Notes: generated by a model from the sequence alone, not told the origin. Shown: positions 1 to 16,778, counted from the first letter of the stretch. The stretch: 64,000 nt of DNA from Yuukianura sp. NJ FZ-2021 (GCA_046563655.1 CM102285.1:11904001-11968000), one strand, 5' to 3'. Numbers and translations are program-made.

Positions 1-79
1 TAATTTCAAAATATTCAAAATTGAATTTCAATTTGGTGTTCACCTGAATTTCATTTCACTGTTTGTTTTGTTTCTACAG

Positions 80-2595
<2,516 letters not shown>

Positions 2596-2776
2596 TTCGG
2601 AAGTGGCAAACGGTGTAAACATAACTACAGATAACTTTCAGGATTAAGAACTTTAGTAGGTGTTACAAGAATGTCTTGGTATAAATTGCATGGACAGTGG
2701 TTTGTAACGTTACGTTCTATAAAAAAAATGTACTGTTTTATTACTTGTGTAATGTAAAATCAACTTTGACATTAGT

Positions 2777-3069
2777 AAGGGTAAGCAGGTTTTTCAATCT
2801 GAAATCTAGGTACATTGAAAACCAGAAATTGTAATGTAGAGGAGTGAGGGTAAGCAAAATTTTCTTAAATGTAGGAGTAAATTTGAATCTAGAGGTTTGC
2901 CGCGCGAGAGTTTCTCACTTCTCTTTTGCAAAACTCCGAACTCTAGATTCAGATTCAAAAACCGAGACGAGTTTTAGGAAAAGGAGAATTGCAATGTAGA
3001 TTTGAACTCCCGCTCGCTCTACATCACAAAATCCCTCTCTAGATTTCAGATTGCAAAATGCTTACCCTG
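2777..3069. mobile_element. Degenerate MITE-like element with ~30-bp imperfect terminal inverted repeats (hAT-like CAGGG end)
   Basis: Left AAGGGTAAGCAGGTTTTTCAATCTGAAATCTAG versus reverse complement of right end CAGGGTAAGCATTTTGCAATCTGAAATCTAG. Internal inverted pair GAATCTAGAG/CTCTAGATTC. No intact target-site duplication. Confidence 0.55.
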
Positions 3070-3666
3070 CCTATTGAAACTGTTTTTTTCTGGGGGTGAT
3101 TAACTTAAAGTAAAGTAGTTAACTAGAATTTACCATCTATGAGGTTCATTTCATTTCAAACCCATGTAAATCCATTAGATTACTTTCACTCACACTTTAT
3201 TTTGCTTTAAGCTTACAACTTTTCTTCAGGAAGTCCTTGCCTCCGTTACATTAGTTTCATTACACCACACCTTAGCTCTAAAACCCTAACCTAATTTTTC
3301 TGTACAATTTACAATTACTAATAAGCTAAGCACAAGGAACAAATAACAGCACAATTCTTGTAACAAAAAAAAGGAATTCTTAAGGAACTTGGTAGAGATT
3401 GACATTATTTAGCAATAGAGTTGGAATTGCTAACTAAACTAAAGTGGGAGCTAACTAAAGGTAAAAAGCTTAGGCTAAAACGTTTGAAGTTACTCTAGTT
3501 TAGGTTAGGTGACACTTTCTGTATTTGGTTAGGTTAGGGGCTTCTACAAGTTGTTCCCTCCTCTTTTCAGCGTTTTTGAGGAGCCTGAGCTTTGACTTCT
3601 GAGGGGAGGGTGCCTGGGCTAAGGGGCTGGGAAGATCAAAAGATGTTATTTGTGGGCCCTCCTGTT

Positions 3667-6600
3667 TCAGTTTTTGTACATATCACAAAGGACTTTCTCC
3701 ATGGGAGTGTTCCCAATGGTCCTTTGAAAGAAGAGCAACTCAATCCGTTGAGCAGGAACAGTTCGAAGGAGGGGCAACATCAGTAGAAGTCGTCCGAATC
3801 GAGCTGGTTGCGTCGGATGTTGAGCTCTTGAATGTTGACAGAGCATCACTTGCGCTTGATCTTGAAGATTTTCTACTTGGAGGGGATCTTTTAGTCCTCG
3901 AGTGTCTACAAAACCGAAAAAAAAGCAAGATGAAGCTCAACTTTTCCGGAATTGAAATCTCCAGAATGCCTGGATTTCTGGAATTCAAATCTCCACAATT
4001 TCTGGAATTCAAATCTTACCACTTCGAAACAGAGCGATGGCTTTCAAACAAGCGAATTCTGCTGGATCGACACAAATTGCACGAAATCTCATGAGAGCGT
4101 CGTTCATCGTCCGCAGATCTCCGGAAATCTGTGTAAGCAAAACGTTAGTTTTAAATGTTGTGTTAACTTTAAATTCTGAGCTAATTGCTGTGAATTTTTT
4201 TAATTTTCGTACAGATTCTGAAAATACCTGGGATGCTTTTCCATTCGGTAGCTGAGAAAGATGATCTGAAGAACAAAAGAGTGACACGGCGTCCACTGGC
4301 ATGCACCACTGAATTGCATTCAGAAGGAAAAGGTCTGCCCATGACTCTTCTAGCAGAATTACCTTAAAAATTAACACAATTAATTAACTTATTTTAATTA
4401 ATTACTTTTTTTCATTTCCGTAGAGTCTCACTTGATCTCTGAATGGTAAACTACCAAAAGAGGGCAAGTTCTTAGCCCATTTGACGGCCATGAAGAGAAG
4501 ACGAGCCGAAGTTTCATAGATTGTTTCATGAGCTGGATTGTAAATGGCTGATGGAATCTCGACCGGATTGACATGAAGCCCGCTTCCCGGAAAAGGTGGA
4601 GCACAACTGCCGGAAATTCCAGCACTACTGCGGTGGATGTTGCTGTTAGGTCCATGCCCATTCATGTTATGGTTCTCCGACCGTCCAATGCCAAGGAGTC
4701 CAATGTGGCTGCCATTTTGCAAATGGCCGTTACTGAAGTGTCGATGTTCAGGAGACTTGCTTTTGTCGCGTCCTTTGGATGCTGGTGTGTTGTCATCGCT
4801 GGTTACGTCAATGCTATCATCTAAAAATACCAAAAATCAGCACTTCCTGAAACTTGTAGTGAAAATATTTTGATGAAATCGATGGTTACCATCGTCGTCA
4901 TCTTCATTGTCATTGTCAATGATGCTCTCATGTGAAGAAGACAAGAGTTGCGGTGGAGTTGGATTGGGCGTGTGATGCTGGAAAGCACTTCCGTTCCCAA
5001 TTTGTGGATGTGGGGCTCCGTTGATTGCCAATGACGACCCATGTACTCTGGGACCCAACAAAGGGCTGGATAAGAAGTTTTTAATTGTGGTGGCTGGAAG
5101 GCCATAGAAAATCGCTGAATTTTGGTTTGAAAGTTGTGACCTACCCAAATACTCCTACGGCCACTGCAGCCTCCCGCAGCGCTCTCTCCTGATCCATTTC
5201 ACAGAGTGCCTCTGGACGAAGTGTTGCAGTGTTCCTGGGCTGCCTTTCATTTTGAACCGCTGGAACATTTGAAAAGAAAGGATAAGGATTTGGCATCATC
5301 GTATAAGTATCCTGCTGCTCCCTTACGCCTGCAACTACCAGTTTATAACAATCAAAGCAGAGGTCAAACTCAAGAGAGGTCAAGAGGTCATACAGCAGTT
5401 GTAGCAAAAAATCACAAGTCAAATGTGCTTTCACCTCCAGTTTTGCATCTAACCTAATCTAAGAGTCTTCAGAACCAAGGTCACCCAGCCTGACTTAACT
5501 TAGCATATGCAAAATTTCCAACCCAACAACGTTCTACCTTAGTTTTTTTGCCTCAACAAAAAAGAGAAAGTCGCTGCTTTTGGAATTGAAAGTTAGGTTA
5601 TTTGATTAGGTCGGCAGTGATTGAATTCAGGAAAACTTTTGTGTCAAAGAGAAAGTGTTTTTCGGTAGCAAAATAAGTGGAGAAAGGCGTGTAGAATAGG
5701 ATTTGTGTTAAGTTGGAATTTGATTTGATTTGGACATGATTGCTGGTTGTGAAGTAGTAGCAGGACTGGTTTAATCCGATTCGGAAGCTCTTAGTATTCC
5801 ACTGTCGCATGTCGCCTAAGTTTCACCCGGGTACTTAGCAACTACCCGGGAGAGAAGAGAAAGGTTAGGATTCTGGCATCATGAACTCGACCCCTAACTA
5901 AACCAAGAAGAACCAAAATGTAGCAGAAAGCATATAGACAACATTCAGTCAGGGTAGAGGAAATCAGTGAATTGGAAATGAAATGGATGGGATAATGGGC
6001 GTTGGGGTTTGGGAATCCTTTTTGAGCTTTCCGGGATTCGAATCCACGGAACAAGTGAATTCGATCAAATCAAACTAAAGGGACTTTCACTGTGCTTTCC
6101 CTCTCTCTCGTTCACAAGTCGTCACTCTATTAATCAAAATGGGAAAATAGGAACTACTCTCTCAAGCCCCCTGCTAATCTTGTCAAACTCATCCATTTCA
6201 CTGTTAACAATTCAAAAAAAAGTGCAAGTGGTCCTAAGAGTTGAACTGGTGTCAAAAAGTTCTGGAGAAAGTGTTCATCTTGTTCAAAAATTCATTTTTT
6301 TTTAAATTCCTAGGAGAGTAATTTGAATTTGAATGCTACTTTTCATAAAATCGGTTTGATAAAGCTTCAAATTTTGGCGCCGACTTGTAAACCCCAATTA
6401 TGTGAAAAAACTAGAAAAGAAAATAAGGAGAAAGTACTGCGAGGAGAAAACCACAAACTAAGGCAATTGAAATTGTGAATTTTCTTTTGTTCTCTTGTTT
6501 GTTCCTGGAGGCTGATCTGCATGCAAGGCTTTTGTTTTTTTAATGATGTTGAATTCAAAAGAATGGAAATCACTTTATAGTTTCCTCTGCCTTGTGCCTT

Positions 6601-9600
6601 GAGTTTGCATTCGAACGTGATCATTTCCAAAAGTAAGAGACCGAAATTCATCCCTAGAAAGTGTCCCTTGGATCATCATTAACTGTACTAAGGAAGCTTC
6701 CTATTTTGAATAACCTAACTTTAAGCAGAGCGCTTTCCCTCAAGTTAAGGGCGGAGGGAGGTTCCAGTGCCTTTTGTAAGTTTGGTTCAGTGCTTTCTCT
6801 TTTGTCAAAGGACTCGATTCGACATTCTAGTTAGTTATGGTAGGGCCACTATGCATCATAAACAATCATCAATTTGGTTAACCAAAATGGAAATGTGAAA
6901 AGCTTTTGAAGTGATTTCTAGACAAGAGACGGCAAGGGAAAAGCACATTTGAATCATTTGGTTAGCACGCGACAATTTCCACCAAATTAACTTCTTTGTC
7001 ACTAATCACATTCAGATCAAAGGACGCGCAGAGTATGGTGTGAAAAGACTAAAAAAATTAGAAAGTTGTGCTTACCGTCCTTATTCATGCCCATGTTGAG
7101 GCATTTCTTGAGGCGACAGGCTTGACACTGATTTCGATGAGCTTTATCCACTACACAATTTCCCGTTCCAGCTTGACATCTAAACAAAAGTGAAATTTTA
7201 GGAGTAAGTATTTTCAAAATTGAAAGTTTTTTGAAAACGTTTTGAAGGTTCAAAAGAAATTTTTCAAAAACTGCTGCATTTTTACCTGTAGATGAGTTTC
7301 CGTCGAACGCTTCTTTTGAAAAATCCACTGCAACCGTTGCATGCTAGAATTCCGTAGTGCTTCCCGGATGAAGTGTCGCCACAGACGACACAGCTCAAAC
7401 CACTGCTCAATCTTCTTGCTACAACGAAAAAACTTGCAAAGTTACAAGAGAAGTTTAGATTTTACAATTTTGGAAAAGAGGTGTGGTTTTTGAAAAAAGT
7501 AAGTTTTTGAGTTTGTCTTGTTTCACAAAAGCATCGTACCTGTTGAAGGTGAGTTGTAGCCTTGTCCCTGTGGACAAAATTCTTGTGGTGAAGCTGAGTT
7601 TCCATTGGGTGAAATATTGTGCATCGAATGATGATGGTTCAAACTGTGTGATTCAAGTGGCGGTGACTCCATGTCCAAACTGGATGAAGAAGTTGTCAAT
7701 GAAATGGGCATTGGTGGTGAAAGTACCCGCATCCCATGGACTTGATGCGAATGAAATCTTGCAATCGAAAAAGGATGATGCGGTGGACTTGAAGATGATT
7801 CTGGAGACGACGGAGCCTGTTTTTCTTCATTGGGTTCTAGAGAACACACAAAAAAAAAGTCAGAGCGAAAGTTTTCACTAAAAAATTTTCCATCTGCTTC
7901 TGCTGAATAGAATTTTACAAAGTCCATGACCAAGAAAGTTTGTTTTTCGTATGCTGATGTAGAGATCACAATTCGGTTGCCAAGGAACTAAGCATTTCAA
8001 GTTAATGAGAAAATTGTCGTTTTTTTTTATATTTAAAAATTTCTCAAATTCGAATCACGTTTTCTTTCACAGAATCTTCAACTTTCTCTAGAACTCCAAA
8101 CTGTCGTTTAAGTTTATTGGGGCTTCTATAAAGTGGCAATCGAGAATTAATTACTCCCTGTGGGATACCCGGGTCTTCCAAATTTTAGTTTCCGAGTCCT
8201 CACACCTCTCCCCCTCTCTCCCTCCCGAAAAAAACCGAAATTGAATTTCCTCATTTCTCAAATTGGAAACGAAAGTTATGACACAATGAATTAAAGACTG
8301 AAAAGACTTCACTTTAATTTGCCAAATGTCCCACTGTACACCAAACTCCTAACGCCGCGCCAAAAAATATTCTCACTTTCTCCACACCCCAAATTTTGCA
8401 CAGTGTAGATTGTCCGAGTATTCTTTTGTTTGCAAAAAGTATTTGCCAATTTTACAAATTGGGGATGCGTCTTTGAACGTCATGAAGGGATTAGCGATGA
8501 CATTTTGAAACCGTGGGAAATTAAAGTATAGAATTTGCAATTTGGTAGACGCTTGACTGTCTGGACAAGAAGAGTGGTGTTTTAGAAATGATGCTGCATG
8601 GAAATGAGAACCCAAAAACCTGGGAATTGAATTTTAAACGAATTTGATGGAAATGTGCTTTAAGTTGGTAAGTTAGTGGAGGGGAAAGAAGTGAAAGTGT
8701 GGGGAGTGGGCTGGTGGCATCAGATGTGCCGTCGTTCGGATGTCTAAGTCCTCTGCTAAGTCTCTTTTGATTGTCAAAGTCCCCAGACTTTCGTCCTTCA
8801 TTTCTATTCTATTATTTTGGGAGAGAAAAGTTCATTTCCATAAAGGAAACTTAAACTTTTGTTCAATGAATACCAAGGGAAAAGGTATCAAGTCCAAATA
8901 AATACAAATCATTCCCAATGGAAAGTTTCATATTTCAAAAGACTTAATCCGTCAAAACACGAAAAACTCACACTTCCTCCCAGAAATTTAACATTTAACT
9001 TTCACTAAAAAGAAAGTTCAGAAAAATTTCTAAACTTTGATAGACTAGAGAAGGCTAACTTACTAAATTTTAAGACTCCATTCCAAGCATCTTAGTCTGA
9101 TGAATTGAGTCCGAAAACAAGCAGCTTAACGATTTTTTTAAAAGAATTTGATGTGAAAGTTGAAACTTTTTGAAGAATTTAAGCAGAAAGTTTCAAACTT
9201 TTTGAAAAATTTGAAAGTGAAAGTTGAAAGTTTATTAAGCGAATGGGTGACCTTAGTACTCAAAAATCCACATTAAGAAAAACTTGGAATTTGAAAAAAG
9301 CAAAAGTAGCTGGAGGGAGAAAGTGAAAAGTTAAATCACTTTGGACATCGTTTCTGGTGTAAATTAATTGAGTAGACGCTAGAAGGGGGTTTTTGGGATT
9401 AATTGAATTGTTTCAAATTGGAGACTAGGGTGAAGCTGTAAGTTAAGTTAGTGCCCATTCCAATTTAAATGACAAGAGCAGTGGCTGGGGGAGGGGAAAG
9501 TTCTTGGACATGGATTTGGTGATGGGCTCAACTGGTGGTGGTGGTTGGTGATGCGTCTGTTTTTGGAAGGCAGATGGGCTTTCTTTTTCTATTTACAATT

Positions 9601-10716
9601 TCAATTGTTCTTTTGAAACTGTTTCACAGGAAGGGGGTCCACAGTTCACCCTCGTTTTGGATGTTCCAGTTTTGTCATTTTGACACAAGTTAATTCTATC
9701 ACCGCTTAAAAACGAGAAGCTAGTTTAGTCCATGTTCTAAAAAAGAGCATGGACAAGGGACTTCTGGAAATTATGCAACTTGTCACAAAGAAAGTCTCAG
9801 ATTTGATGAATCTGAACCCTCATGGGTCTCTATTTTGATTCAAAGTGACTCTAATTTACCACACATGTTGCACTGGAACAACAAAGTCCAAGGGATTCGG
9901 TGGATAATTTTTAATTTTTCCCAAATCTGACATTGATCACTGAAATTAATTCAGAAAAAAAAAGATCACTAAAACCGATTTTAAAAAAATTGAAGTAGGA
10001 GGGGAAAGTTACTTTTGTAAATTTTTCCGTATGAAAAAGTTCCATATTGAAGGATGAGAACGATAAGTGGACTTTTATACGATTAATTTGAAAGCATGAT
10101 TTTTTTTAATTGAAATGAAAAACATAGCGTCGCTTTTCGCTCTTGAAAAAGTTTCGGGTTTCTGAAATTTAAATTCTTGAAATTCCGACTAAAAGAAATT
10201 CTCAAAGAAACTTCAAACTTTCTGACTTAATTGTTCAAAATATTCATTTTTAGTTTAGTTTCTTCTAGGTTAATAAAGAAGGAAATTGTTTTGCTGACCC
10301 ATGAATCACTCATGATTCAAGGCTTCTTCTACGAATATCTATTTCAGTTTTTCTGTACTTTGAATTCTTTCTGGCCACTTCAAGGGCCCTATTGTTCATG
10401 TGTGTATTTTCGTTAATGTGAGGAGTAACTTGTAAGAACTCCTCGCACTAAAACTCATTGTTCTCATCTTCTGTTAAATATCGCCTCTCAGCGTTTTTCA
10501 AGTCAGTCTGTATTCCGACTATTTGTCTTTCACTGTGCCTGTTTATTTCTTTGAGTAAATCAATTCTAGATTTAAACTCAATAAGCCAATTCGAGTTTTC
10601 AGCGTTGGGAATAATCCGTAAAATGATTCTGTTGCTCGGCCATTTTCTTAGTTGCTTTCTAATTAACGGAGGGTGAAAAAAGGAGTTAACTTACCACTTT
10701 CTCCTGGTGGTTCCAT
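3667..10716 (-). CDS. Hr51: Nuclear receptor Hr51/unfulfilled (NR2E3/PNR ortholog), ~605 aa
   Basis: Minus-strand exons 10716-10695 (tentative first exon), 7836-7540, 7418-7286, 7179-7076, 5259-5145, 5065-4890, 4820-4432, 4362-4020, 3905-3667; total 1818 nt, in frame. [45 protein letters not shown]...[16 protein letters not shown] with the NR2E3-type CNGCSG P-box. [23 protein letters not shown]...[21 protein letters not shown]. Confidence 0.93.
3940..4018. repeat. Three imperfect copies of a ~20-bp unit (TTCTGGAATTCAAATCTCCA) in the last Hr51 intron
   Basis: TTTCCGGAATTGAAATCTCCAG...TTTCTGGAATTCAAATCTCCAC...TTTCTGGAATTCAAATCTTACC read directly. Confidence 0.6.
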
Positions 10717-13700
10717 TCGGATACATTTGAAGGGGTGGCCCCCTTGTCTCCTGATGATCTCAATCTTGGCGGTTACTGTGTCCAACTCCAACGGACCAAT
10801 CTTGGTAGCGTTTTCGGAGAATCTTGAGCCGTGTTAACGTAGATTTCAAATTCAAATTCAAAAGTTTTTCAAACCTATGCCGGATCTTGCAGTTTCGGAA
10901 CTTTGCAAATTTTTAATTCAGAATGTTTTGTTTATAAAACGCGAGTTATAGGCTGAAGACTTGTAATTGCAATTTGCAGAGACAACAAATCAAAGACAGT
11001 TTTTCAGTTGAAGCATGGAATCGTTGTGGGCTTGGTTCTGGACAACGGTGGATTACTTAAAACAATTGTTCGTGCTAAGACTTGATGCTGAAGTGCTGGA
11101 GCAGGCCGAAGAAGTTAGAATAGGAAGGGGGAGTTACCAGGTTGCGGAGTCACCTAACGCAGAAAAGGATTTGAAGGGAGAATAAGTCAGGACGATGTTG
11201 CTACTGCTGTTTTTTCAGCTAGATTGTTCGATGTTGGATGCTGGAGCGAATTCTGTTGGCAATTTTGACGGGGAAGATCGCCGCAAAGAGCACGGGAGCG
11301 TTAGCGGAGAAGGCGGAAGGCGCGGCGCGGGAGTTAGCGTTGTGATGGGACTTTCCCTTTCGGCTCAAAGTGGGTTCTAGACCCTGCCTTTCTCCTTCCC
11401 TTGGCCCAATCACGAAGTGTGATGGACGAACGGACTCCGCCAAATCCCACTTCATCCATCGACCTCTCCTCTTCTGCTCCCAAAAACTTTTTTTAGAAAT
11501 AACAATTTAGAACAGACTTTTAGAACAGGGAGAAAGGTCTAAATGTGCGCTAAAGACCACCGACAACAAAAAGTTGTCTAAAAGGAACGCCAAGTCACTT
11601 AATCCATTTGACACTTGGCATTTAAACAAAAACTTAATTTTAAAAAGTCATCCTATAATGAACCGCACTAATTAGAATGAAAGCCACAAGACAATAACAT
11701 AAATATGAATTACAATTAAATGTTTTCAGGCTAAATTATTGCTGAAATTCATTTGATTTGTCAATTTCCTTAAAATTGAATATTTTGATGATAAAATTGG
11801 AATTTGTTGAATTACAAAACATGTTATGCAGTTTATAATATGTATAGAATTAATCATTTTAAAATATGCTTGATTGTTGTTATATTTAACATGAAACACT
11901 TACAAATTAGTAGGTATAATAAACTATTTAAGTTAACAACTAAACTAATTTGACAAAATGTCAAAGTTAAACGCCCTGCTTCATAGGATAACCTAAAAAT
12001 TCAAAAACTTGGCCTGCAATAACACTTCAAATTTTTGTCTAGCGTAGAAACTAAGCAGTTTCAAAATAAAAATATTTTAAATTCTTTCGAGTTTGATTTT
12101 CATTAAAATGTATTTTTTATAAATAAAATTAGCAATGAAACAAAGTGTAGAAGCGAAGGTGTGAGACAGAACTAATTACACAAGTGCAATATCTGAATAG
12201 CCTGGTTAATGACGAACAGGGGAATTAAAGTATACTTCTGCACGCGACTTCCAGAAATCATGTGAATTTTAAATTTAACTCTCTTGTGTAGCAAAGTGTC
12301 ACGGATGAAGTCATTTCTCATTCATTAGGCAAACTAAATTAATTCTATTGTTGATTTTTCAAAATGTTAGGATCTGGTGGTGGGTATGTTAGAGAGGCTA
12401 ACCTGTAAAATTCAATGTAATTTGAACAACTAACTCTAAATTTGTGAAGCTGGGTTGCCAGAGATGAATGGACTAAAGCGGGGGAAGTATATTTTTCGTC
12501 ACTTGTGATTTAATAACAAAGTAATAAAAGAAACAGACTTAGTACTTATGTTTAATATTCATTTGGTGAGAATCCATTGAATGCCAAATGAGAATAAGTT
12601 AGGGAGCACTACCTTAAGTTAGGGAAGATGAAAATTCAGTTTAGTGGAATTGACAGGAGACGATGCCCTGTTAATGGGAAGCAGTTGATGGCGATGGGTG
12701 ACCATTTGGTGGTGATTTAACCATAAAATAGACCTAAACCACCTGTACAAGACAAAAAACTTGTGGACTTCTGCTTTGGATAGAATATGATTATCTCCGC
12801 TATTGTCTTCTGGTAGAGTCAGGTCTATTCAACCTCAAAATGACGAAGAAAAACTAAATTTTATGAAAATTTGGAACACAACGAATGGAATCAGGAGACA
12901 GGTAGATTTTTCCAGATTTTGATTTCGAAGCTTCCAAAAATTGGACCAAGTGAGCCATACGCCACCTCCTGTCGAGTTCATCTTTTTCAATTTCTGGACC
13001 TGTCAGAACCAGAAATTGACTCAATTAGTAATATGATAGACGAATTGTTTTAAAAATTTGTTTTCTGAAAATTTGTTTTTCATAGATTCAAAATCTATAG
13101 TCTTTCTGAAATTGCTTTCTCCAGTAAATTCAAATTATTATTTGAATTGTTAGGTTAGGAGAAATGCTTTTTTTAAAACAAATTTCTTCAAAATCAACAT
13201 GCTGCTTTTGTTCCAAACTGTTTTTGATACTATTTGTTTTTGAAAATGCTTTCTCTTTTTCAGTTTTCATAATTTTTTTCTTGAAATGTTATTTTTTCTT
13301 CAAAATTTGAGACAATCCGAGGTGGGTGAAAGTGTAGTTTGAAAAATCTAACAGTTTTTGGGCGTTGGTTACAACTTTCTCTCTGCGGTTTTTCGACGCC
13401 AAGAAAGCGGCGAGAAAGGCAATTTTCCTAATGCACTAAATGTGTCTCGACACAAATGTCAGTTGAAATAACCTCTGAGCTGAGGGGCTGGAATGGCTGG
13501 AAGGAGGCTGGAGCAGAATAATGACAAACACTAGAGTATACGCTTAGGTTGGGAAGGAGAGAAAGTAGGAGACCCATAGAAAACTAAGCTTTCCCACTAA
13601 CACTTCCTAATAAATTATATTAGCCTTTCCCTTTTACTTGGATTCACTCTCAAGGATTCGAGTCAAAGTCAGAAGAGGTTCTCCAGTGCTTCCAGAAGAA

Positions 13701-14717
13701 AAATAAAAGTGCTCCTTCACTCTCACGGTGTACAGTTGGAGACGAGGCTGTCGACGACACGGCGTGCTGAGAATTGTCAACGTTTTCTTCCTTACTGGAG
13801 AAAAGGAGGCAATTTCAATCTTCCTTTCACTTTTCATGCTTTTTTCCAGATTAGAACAGAGATCTGAACCAATTCAGGCTCTCACGGCCACTTCCCCCTC
13901 CTGCATCTTAATTCTTGTCACTCGAGAATTGATCCAAATAAATTTCCAAGGGAGATGAACAGCACTGGAGAAAGTCCCGCCAATTTATCCAGCATCCTCC
14001 AGTACTCCGTCTTTGACATTCCGTTTCGTTAGGACCGAAGATAATACCCTAATTTGGAATGAAAAACTTTCTTTTTCCTTGCAATCAGGCAATTTGGATT
14101 CAAATTTTGATAGAAAACTTAAGGGATTTGAAACGCTGGAATCTCTTGGGAGTTCCAAAAACGAGAAAGATTTTGATAAGTTCAAAAAATTGTCAAAATT
14201 TTTGTTTTGTTTCAAATAGAAAAAGTGGAAAGGTTGACGTGAGTTGGATTGAAGAAGGAATTGAAAATGTGTCACAGGATCGTTAGCTTTTCAATCACTT
14301 TCTCCTTTCAAGCTTTTTTTTACAGTTCTTGCCGCACTTTCCAATCTTTCTCCTGCCAAATCCAAAGTGGTTTTACATTTCCCATTTGGTTCTCAATTTC
14401 AGATCAGTTCTCAATTCAATTACTTCACATGTCAAACTTTTCGAAACCAAATTTTTTTTAAATCTCTGCAAAAGCATCCTGGTGCCGGAAATTTCGAAAT
14501 TGTGCAACCAATGCAATGTGTCAAGGTTGCGTTTTTTTTATATTCTGTAGTCTTGACAACCAGTTTTCTTTAATGTAAAAACTTTATGTTTTCTTACCTT
14601 GGCTTTTAGTGTTCTACGATTGATTTTCGGAAAAAGTGAAGTTTCGCTGAATAGTGCAGCAGAGCTTTTTGCTTTTTTAGGTCTTTCGAATTTGGATCCT
14701 TTATTGTCAATCCTTGA

Positions 14718-14730
14718 AGGTCAAAGGTCA
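14718..14730 (+). promoter_or_regulatory. Perfect nuclear-receptor DR1 element AGGTCA-A-AGGTCA just upstream of the F-box gene ATG
   Basis: AGGTCAAAGGTCA at 14718-14730; ATG at 14747. Function is not demonstrated. Confidence 0.35.
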
Positions 14731-14746
14731 TTTGAGGTTAACTTCA

Positions 14747-16778
14747 ATGGAAAATTCAATGATGGAGTCATACGCAAAGGTAACAAATTATAATATACTT
14801 CTTGATGTTACAGTACAGCGAACAAGGTTACACAAAATACTTTCTGTTCTAGATTCGAGATTGTCTCCTTCTGCGAAATGTCATCGCTCATTTACCATTT
14901 CCTGATCAGCTAACTGCACGCCTTGTCAACAAAGACTGGGAAAATGAAGCCTACCACGCCCTTCGACGCAGCAAAAAATGCGTCGTAAAATTCTTCAGCC
15001 GTGACCAAATCGCTAACTTCATTCGTGTCTTCCCAGAACCCTTACCAGCTACGACAAAGTTGTATTCCTTCGCCACTTTTGATGTCAAGCTCATGCGCAT
15101 TGCAATGGATCGACTTCAAGCTTTCGGAGGAGTGCACGGCGCAGACGTACGATCCCTTCAGATACACGTCACGAGTGGCCACGGAGTTTGCGGAAAGTTT
15201 CGTAGTCGGGAGGCTGAGGAATCCAGAACACGTGAAGCTAATGAAGAAATGGATGCAAAGTCAAAGACATTTTTGACCAATTTTGCAAACCTGGTCAAAT
15301 TGGCGGTCAAAGTGGACAATATTTACGGTCGACATGACCTACGTTTTGATGAACAAAACCCAATTCCTGTACCTGAATTACCACAATTTGAAAATTTGGA
15401 ACAAGTCGACGCAAGTCTTAACACTACCATCATTTCTATCCTGAATGACATCGTGATAAAATGTCCCAATCTGCGCATTGGAAACCTTACCTTGAGGCAA
15501 AATATCACGGATCCCTCTGCCGTTCGTGAACTTTTTCAAAGGTTCGCAGCTATTGACCTTGGGAAGCTGAAAATCGTTCTGAACCAGGACACGCGGGAAA
15601 ATAAAAACTACCTGCTTCAGGAACTGTTGGATTCGGATCTCAAACCAAAGTACTTGAAACTTGAACCAGACAGTATGTACAAACCAAAACGCGACATGGT
15701 TGCCCGACGCAATACCATGATTTCCGAATGGATCCAGAAACTTACACAGTCTCCGCGCATGACCAAACTCAAACTGATTTCCTGGGGACCAAACATTCCA
15801 CTGACCCTGCCGTCTGAAATGTCATGCTTGACGGAATTGGACTTTGGAATCACGGTGCGGGGCCGTCGGCTCGATGGACCTCCACTAGAAGATCGTCCTG
15901 CCATTTTTCAAATGACCCCGTTGATTTCCCCGGGTCAAGTTCCATCTCTTCGGAAGTTAGTGATTGGTCCACACGGAAACCAATTAAATCCTGAAGGAAT
16001 CTTTACAAATGTCCAAGAACTGATGATTGATGGACACCGAGAACTGATTGAACAACTTCCATCTCCAATTCCAACGACTCCGCCCGCCTACGATTGGTCC
16101 ACCAAATTCCCAAACGTGACGAAATTGGACATGGTGACTGGAATTGATGCTCCGCTGAGCCCTGTGTTGACAAACATGTTGACATTGACCCACCTCAAGG
16201 TCACGTTCCAGGGTCTCCGACTGGACCAAGACCTGGATGACGACATGGATGACGACGACTATCAAGTCGATGACGAGTACCTCTTTTGCTTCAATGATGA
16301 TTTACTTCCTCTTTGGTGGGACGCGATTACCGGTGGGATTCGTCCGATTCTCAACAAAGAATCTGCATTGGAAATGATCGTTCCATCGAATTTGGAGGAA
16401 CGTGTTGAAAGTAATCTCGATCATGGTGACGGTGCGACCCGTCCCGGACTTCGGAACTTGTGCAGTATGTTTCAAATTTTTAAATTCGTTTTTGATTTTT
16501 TTATGAATTTTGGATAAACTGATCTCTCATTTTTTGAAAATCCAGATTTGAAAACTTTAAAACTTGACAACACTCCTGCGTCGATTGTGGTGGGGGTCAT
16601 TCACCTGACGGCTCTCAAACAGATTCCACAGCTCGACAAGATCGAAATTTTGATCAGCAAATACGATGCGTACGAACCGGTTGATGCTTGCATTAACGTT
16701 TTGAAGACCTTCCATGGACAAGTTGAGGTCAAACCTGATTTGGTAGGCGACGGGTTCCACTGCCGCCGCAGAGACTGA
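14747..16778 (+). CDS. Lineage-specific F-box protein with LRR-like body, ~625 aa
   Basis: Exons 14747-14779, 14853-16464, 16546-16778 (GT-AG, 1878 nt, in frame). N-terminal F-box-like LLRNVIAHLPFPDQLTARLVNKDWENEA. Repeated LxxLxL/I segments (LTELDF, PSLRKLVI, PNVTKLDM, LTHLKV, LKTLKL). Confidence 0.75.

Noticed and set aside
3280..3540. TTAGG/CCTAA motifs resembling the arthropod telomere repeat
   Set aside because: Only 2-3 scattered copies in the Hr51 3' region, with no array.
13634..14573. Cluster of small ORFs on both strands
   Set aside because: Low-complexity AT-rich translations with no family signature.
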